DNA of 64,000 bases from Acidobacteriota bacterium (GTDB taxonomy: Bacteria; Acidobacteriota; Polarisedimenticolia; Polarisedimenticolales; DASRJG01), in contig JAQBEH010000022.1 in NCBI GenBank assembly GCA_032124015.1, forward strand, positions 10,585-74,584, written 5' to 3'. The notes below the pieces were generated by a model. It made no database searches, had not been told where the DNA came from, and was given only the letters and a program-made list of their open reading frames with translations. Shown here piece after piece: positions 59,433 through 64,000 of the stretch. How positions within the stretch are numbered: the first letter of the stretch is position 1; every line of letters starts with the position of its first letter. The translations under genes were made by a program, and so were the position numbers.

Positions 59433-60653
59433 TCAGGCGAGCTCGCGGAAAACTGTTTCGATTCGCGTAAACGCCCAGTCCAGTTCGTCCTTGGTCACGT
59501 TCAGCGGCGGTGCGAAACGGATCGTGTGAACATGCGTTTCCTTGCAGAGGAGCTGCTTGAAGCGCAGGGCCTCGCAGAACCGGCGGGCACCGCCGGCCTC
59601 AGGTGTCAACTCGAGGCCGATCCACAGCCCCTTTCCGCGCACTTCCTTGATCCACTTGCTCTTCAATCCGCGCAGCTTCTCGAGGAAGTACGCGCCGAGC
59701 GTCGCGGAATTCTCGATCATCTTCTCGTCGATCAGGACCTTGAGCGCTTCGCGAGCGATCGCCGCCGCCATCGGGTTGCCGCCGAAGGTCGAGCCGTGGT
59801 CGCCCGGTTTGTAAACGAGCATCACCGGGTCGTCGGCCAGGATCGCCGAGACGGGGTAGAAGCCGCCGGATAGCGCCTTGCCGACGATGACGATGTCGGG
59901 GCGCACGCCCTCGTGCTCGAAGCAGAAGAACTTCCCGGTGCGGCCGAGGCCCGACTGGATCTCGTCGCAGACGAACAACACGTTGTGCTTCTTGCAGAGC
60001 GCCTCGATGCCGCGCAGATAGCCCTCGGGCGGAACGTGGATGCCGCTTTCCCCCTGGATCGGCTCGACGAGAATCGCCGCGACGTTGGGGTTCATGGCAG
60101 CTTCGATCGCCGCAAGGTCGCCGTACGGGAGCATCGTGAATCCGGGCGTGAGTGGTCCGAAGCCGTCGCGGTACTGTTGCTCTTCCGAGAAGCTGATGAT
60201 CGTCGTCGTGCGCCCGTGGAAGTTTCCGGTGAAGACGAGGATTTCGGCCTTGTCCTTCGGGATACCCTTGACCGTGTACCCCCACTTCCGGGAGAGCTTG
60301 ATCGCGGTTTCGACGGCCTCGGCGCCGGAGTTCATCGGGAGCATCTTCTGGTAGCCCGAAAGCTGGGACATCTCTTTGTAGAGGAACCCGAGCTGATCGC
60401 TCCGGAACGCCCGTGAGGTGAGCGTCACGCGCTCGGATTGCTCGATCATCGCCTTGCGGATGCGCGGGTGCGCGTGGCCTTGGTTCACCGCGGAGTAGGC
60501 GGCGAGGAAGTCGAGGTACTTGGTCCCCTCGACGTCCCAAACCCAGCATCCCGACGCACGATGAACGACCACGTCCAAGGGGTGGTAGTTGTGGGCCCCG
60601 TAGTCGTCTTCGAGCTTGATGTAATCGTTTGCCGAGAGCTTGAGAGCGTCCAT
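59433..60653 (-). CDS. rocD: Ornithine aminotransferase (class III PLP aminotransferase)
   Basis: Carries GAHNYHPL, YSAVNQGH, DEIQSGLGRTG and VGKALSGG (PLP lysine). Confidence 0.85.
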   Translation of the reverse strand: MDALKLSANDYIKLEDDYGAHNYHPLDVVVHRASGCWVWDVEGTKYLDFLAAYSAVNQGHAHPRIRKAMIEQSERVTLTSRAFRSDQLGFLYKEMSQLSGYQKMLPMNSGAEAVETAIKLSRKWGYTVKGIPKDKAEILVFTGNFHGRTTTIISFSEEQQYRDGFGPLTPGFTMLPYGDLAAIEAAMNPNVAAILVEPIQGESGIHVPPEGYLRGIEALCKKHNVLFVCDEIQSGLGRTGKFFCFEHEGVRPDIVIVGKALSGGFYPVSAILADDPVMLVYKPGDHGSTFGGNPMAAAIAREALKVLIDEKMIENSATLGAYFLEKLRGLKSKWIKEVRGKGLWIGLELTPEAGGARRFCEALRFKQLLCKETHVHTIRFAPPLNVTKDELDWAFTRIETVFRELA

Positions 60654-60733
60654 GCGTCACCTCCACGAAAGAAATGGCAAGATATCATGCGGCAGTTGAC
60701 GCTTCCCGGGCCGGGCGGAATAATCCGGACCTC

Positions 60734-63310
60734 ATGAGTAACCAATCGCCCGGCGATTCTCCCGTCGGGCGCAAGCAACGGCTCCTCCTCCGCATCGAGC
60801 GATTCAGCCGAGAACGGTTCAAGCTCGTTTTTGCGGGCGCGCTGATCCTGCTCCTCGCATCGACCTGGATCAGTTCCCACATCAAGATCGAGTCGGACGT
60901 GTTGAACCTGATCCCGCGCGGGAACCGCCAGGTCGACACGTTTCGCGAGGCGCTGCACGAGTTCGGCTCGATCGACTACCTCATCGTTCTGTTCGAGGCC
61001 GCACAGGATGAGGGCCCCGACGAAATCGAGGACTTCGCCGATCTGTTCGCCGAGAAACTGAGGGCGCGCGAGGATCTCGTCCGGAGCGTCGAGTACCGGT
61101 TCCAACCCGACGCCAAGTTCATGCAACTTTTCTCGGAGAACGCCCTCCTCTTCGTCCCGCCGGAACAACTTCCTCAGATTGCCGGCAAGCTCGATGACGA
61201 GGCGATCCGCCGCCAGATCCGCGAGAACAAGATCGCGCTCTCCTCGCCGACCGCTTCGATCGCCGAGGGTCTCCTGCTTCGGGATCCTCTCGGCCTGATG
61301 CCGCTGTTCGTCGACCGGCTGTTGGCCCATCGCGGCGCGCTCAAGGTCGATCTGTCCGACGGGTACTACCTCTCGAGGGATAACCGCACGCTGATCATGT
61401 TGGTGAAGCCGTCCCACCCGTCTCAGGATCTCGCGTTCTCGCGAAAGCTCCTCGCCGCGGCCCGGGACGACGCCGAGGAGGTGCGCGCCACGCTCCTCGC
61501 CGACGGCGACGGGGGAGGCGGGACCGAACTGCGCTTCGGCGGCAATCCCGCCGCTCTCACCGAGGAATCGGGATTGCTGAAGCGGACGGTCGTCTTGAAC
61601 GGTGTCGTGGCGTTCGTCGCGGTCGTCCTCCTCTACTGGATCTGCTATCGGCGGCTCGCCGCGCTGTTTTATTCCTCCGTGCCGCTGATCGTCGGACAGG
61701 CGATCACCTTCGCGGTTGCGACGATCGTGCTGGGGAGCCTGAACTCGGCGTCGGCGTCGCTCCCCGCCTTGTTGATGGGGTTGGGGACCGACTTCACGAT
61801 CCTGATGTACGCGCGCTACGTGGAGGAACGCCAGGGGGGCGCGTCCGTTGCGGAGGCGACCGGGCGGATGGTCGGCCAGACGGGACTCGGCGTATTCACG
61901 GGGGCCATCACCTCAGCCGGGACGTTCTACGCGATGTGCGTGGGCAGCTTCCGCGGCCTGAGCGACCTGGGCTTTCTCGTCGGGACCGGGGTCCTCATCT
62001 GCGCGGTGGCGATTCTCTTTCTCCTCCCGGCGATGATCGCGTGGAACGAGGGGCTCGGAAAAACCCGAGAGCGCAAGGTCAAGAAGCTCCACCTCCAGTC
62101 CTTGGGGCTCGAGCACCTGATCACGTTTTCGGTCAAGCATCGGGTCGGCGTGATCGCGGGGATCTCGGTGCTGACGATCGCCGCTTCGGCGCTCGCGCTG
62201 AATCTGGATTTCGACGCGAGCGTCGATTCGCTGCGGAGCGGCGATGCGCCGTCGTTTGCGGTCCAAAAAGAGATCACCGAGAAATTCGGAGCCTCGCTGT
62301 CCTACATGATGGCGATCGCCGAAGGGCAAGACGTCGACGAGGCGGTTCGAAGGACCCACACGATCGAGGAGCGCCTGAAGCCGTTCCTCGCGGACGGCAC
62401 CGTCGGATCGTACGAGTCCATCCTCACCTACCTCCCTCTGGCCGAGCAGCAACAGCAGGTCATCGACGCGGTCCGCGGCCAAGATGCGGCGGCGTTTGAC
62501 GCGGATCGCATCCGGACGACGCTCCACGCGGCCCTCGCGGAAAACGGCTTCCGCGAGGAGGCGTTCGCGCCCTACTTCGAGCAGATGCAGCGCTTTTTGG
62601 CGCCTGCCCGGCCCATCACCCTGGACGACCTCGAGCACAACGGACTCGGCCGGATCGTCGAGCGTTACGTGCATCGCGGGTCGGGCCGCGTGAAAATCGT
62701 GACCTACCTCCATACGACTGATCCCAGGTGGCGCCGCAACCCGCCTCCGGGACTGGTCGAGGCCCTTCAGGCCGGCGACCCGGGCATCGTCGTTACCGGT
62801 ACGAACGTCGTTGGGCGCGAGCTTCGCAGGATCTACCTCTACGACTCGCGGGTCGCGGTCGCGCTTGGCCTTGCGCTCGTGGCGATGCTGCTCTGGTTCG
62901 ACTTCCGAAGCGCGAAGTTGACCGCGATCGCTCTGGCACAGGTCATCTCCGGGGTCCTCATGATGCTCGGCTGCATGAAGCTCGTCGGCATGCAGATCAA
63001 CTATGCGAACGCGTTCGTCGCCACGATGATCATGGGGGTCGGAATCGATTATGCGATCCACATCGTCCATCGCCTCTCGGCCAACGGCGGCGTGCTCGAC
63101 GAGGGCGTCATCGAGACGGGCAAGGGGGTCATCCTGGCCGCGGCCACCAACGTCGCGGGCTTCGGAACGCTCGCCTTCGGTAATTACCCGGCGATGCGCA
63201 GCGTGGGCATCGTGGCGCTCATCGGCTCTTTGACGTGCTTGCTGACGGCACTGACCTTGGTGCCCGCGTTGATGGTCAAGGCCCGGGCTTTTCCCCAGGA
63301 GGCGAAGTGA
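60734..63310 (+). CDS. MMPL/RND-superfamily membrane exporter
   Basis: 858 aa with two 6-TM bundles, each preceded by a large loop, and MMPL-type segments (GLGTDFTILMY, GVGIDYAIH). Confidence 0.8.
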   Translation: MSNQSPGDSPVGRKQRLLLRIERFSRERFKLVFAGALILLLASTWISSHIKIESDVLNLIPRGNRQVDTFREALHEFGSIDYLIVLFEAAQDEGPDEIEDFADLFAEKLRAREDLVRSVEYRFQPDAKFMQLFSENALLFVPPEQLPQIAGKLDDEAIRRQIRENKIALSSPTASIAEGLLLRDPLGLMPLFVDRLLAHRGALKVDLSDGYYLSRDNRTLIMLVKPSHPSQDLAFSRKLLAAARDDAEEVRATLLADGDGGGGTELRFGGNPAALTEESGLLKRTVVLNGVVAFVAVVLLYWICYRRLAALFYSSVPLIVGQAITFAVATIVLGSLNSASASLPALLMGLGTDFTILMYARYVEERQGGASVAEATGRMVGQTGLGVFTGAITSAGTFYAMCVGSFRGLSDLGFLVGTGVLICAVAILFLLPAMIAWNEGLGKTRERKVKKLHLQSLGLEHLITFSVKHRVGVIAGISVLTIAASALALNLDFDASVDSLRSGDAPSFAVQKEITEKFGASLSYMMAIAEGQDVDEAVRRTHTIEERLKPFLADGTVGSYESILTYLPLAEQQQQVIDAVRGQDAAAFDADRIRTTLHAALAENGFREEAFAPYFEQMQRFLAPARPITLDDLEHNGLGRIVERYVHRGSGRVKIVTYLHTTDPRWRRNPPPGLVEALQAGDPGIVVTGTNVVGRELRRIYLYDSRVAVALGLALVAMLLWFDFRSAKLTAIALAQVISGVLMMLGCMKLVGMQINYANAFVATMIMGVGIDYAIHIVHRLSANGGVLDEGVIETGKGVILAAATNVAGFGTLAFGNYPAMRSVGIVALIGSLTCLLTALTLVPALMVKARAFPQEAK

Positions 63311-64000
63311 TCCTCCCTCTCCCGCTGATCGCGCTTCTCCTCGGCCTCGTCGAGGGGATCACGGAGTTCCTGCCGATCTCCTCGACCGGCCACCTGATTC
63401 TTGTCGAGCGGCTCTGCGGCTTGACCGGAGACCGCGCGGAGGTGTTCGCGATTTTCATCCAGATCGGTGCGGTGCTGGCAGTCATGGTGGAATATCGCGC
63501 GAAACTCCTCGCGGTCGCCCGCGGTGCCATGACCAGGTCGCCGGAGAGGTCGTTCGCACTGAGCATCGCGATCGCGTTCCTGCCTGCGGCCGGGACCGGA
63601 CTGCTGACGCACGATTGGATCAGCGACTATCTGTTTGGGCCCCGTACCGTCGCGGCCGCTCTGGTCGCGGGAGCGATCGCGATCCTGGCGATCGAGCGGT
63701 GGAAGCCGGCGCCCACGATCGATCGCGTCGATCGGGTCGGACCGGGGCGCGCGGCGTTGATCGGCCTCGCCCAGTGCGTGGCTCTGTGGCCCGGCTTTTC
63801 TCGTTCGGCGGCGACGATCTTGGGTGGACTCCTGTGCGGGCTCGAACGGAAGGCCGCGACCGAGTTTTCGTTCTTCCTCGCGATTCCGACCCTGGGCGCC
63901 GCGACCGTCTACAACATCTGGAAGAAGCACGACGCGTTGATCCCCGGCGATCTCTTGTGGCTGTTGGTAGCGACGGCGGTGTCCTTCGTCGTCGCTTGGG
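63307..64000 (+). CDS. uppP: Undecaprenyl-diphosphate phosphatase (3' end outside window)
   Basis: GTG 63307 overlaps the MMPL stop (GTGA). My own translation gives EGITEFLPISSTGHL and WPGFSRSAATI. This ORF is absent from the ORF track because it runs off the window. Confidence 0.85.
   Translation, partial: MILPLPLIALLLGLVEGITEFLPISSTGHLILVERLCGLTGDRAEVFAIFIQIGAVLAVMVEYRAKLLAVARGAMTRSPERSFALSIAIAFLPAAGTGLLTHDWISDYLFGPRTVAAALVAGAIAILAIERWKPAPTIDRVDRVGPGRAALIGLAQCVALWPGFSRSAATILGGLLCGLERKAATEFSFFLAIPTLGAATVYNIWKKHDALIPGDLLWLLVATAVSFVVAW

Overview
GC-rich, densely coding bacterial chromosome segment with about 55 genes. Many gene pairs have 4-nt ATGA/GTGA start-stop overlaps. The host is diderm: a TonB-dependent receptor and a beta-barrel outer-membrane protein are present. 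Lineage cannot be assigned from sequence alone; Acidobacteriota- or Gemmatimonadota-like is only a guess. Most genes are housekeeping or transport: NSS transporter, DedA, APC permease, GT39-like glycosyltransferase, trpF, H+-pyrophosphatase, SPFH protein, aldo/keto reductase, nth, oligopeptidase B, M16 peptidase, GDH, transketolase, a lipid-metabolism block, RNase HI, YggS, DivIVA, hutI, ABC-2 exporter, rocD, MMPL and uppP. Five things stand out. (1) A translationally coupled minus-strand operon at 25557..30812 encodes a His-paired (H-x13-H twice) membrane protein, a 23-CXXCH cytochrome, a 7-CXXCH cytochrome and a beta-barrel OMP. It is transcribed divergently from a membrane-anchored 2x[Fe-S]/FAD oxidoreductase and lies near a PKD-repeat lipoprotein with a CX4CH tail. 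I read this as a candidate complete trans-envelope electron-export chain that does not match the Mtr or Pcc gene layouts. (2) A REP/REPIN-like palindromic repeat family has seven exact copies of the core GGGGACACTCCCC plus variants. It includes an 89-nt perfect palindrome and a degraded REP-associated tyrosine transposase (RAYT) flanked by inverted copies. Several copies supply the TAG stop codon of the adjacent gene, and one is translated into the tail of ptrB. (3) A lower-GC ClpX paralogue lacks the zinc-binding N-domain, the IGF loop and the pore-loop tyrosine, and sits next to a long YjgR/HerA-like NTPase. (4) An orphan HslV-like peptidase has Ser instead of Thr at the nucleophile position. 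(5) A three-gene module encodes a TraB/TIKI-like protein, a zinc-ribbon protein and a small membrane-anchored protein. A TonB-dependent receptor carries one in-frame TAG. No rRNA, tRNA, CRISPR array or prophage was seen. All functional calls rest on motif recognition and recalled family features; no database search was run.
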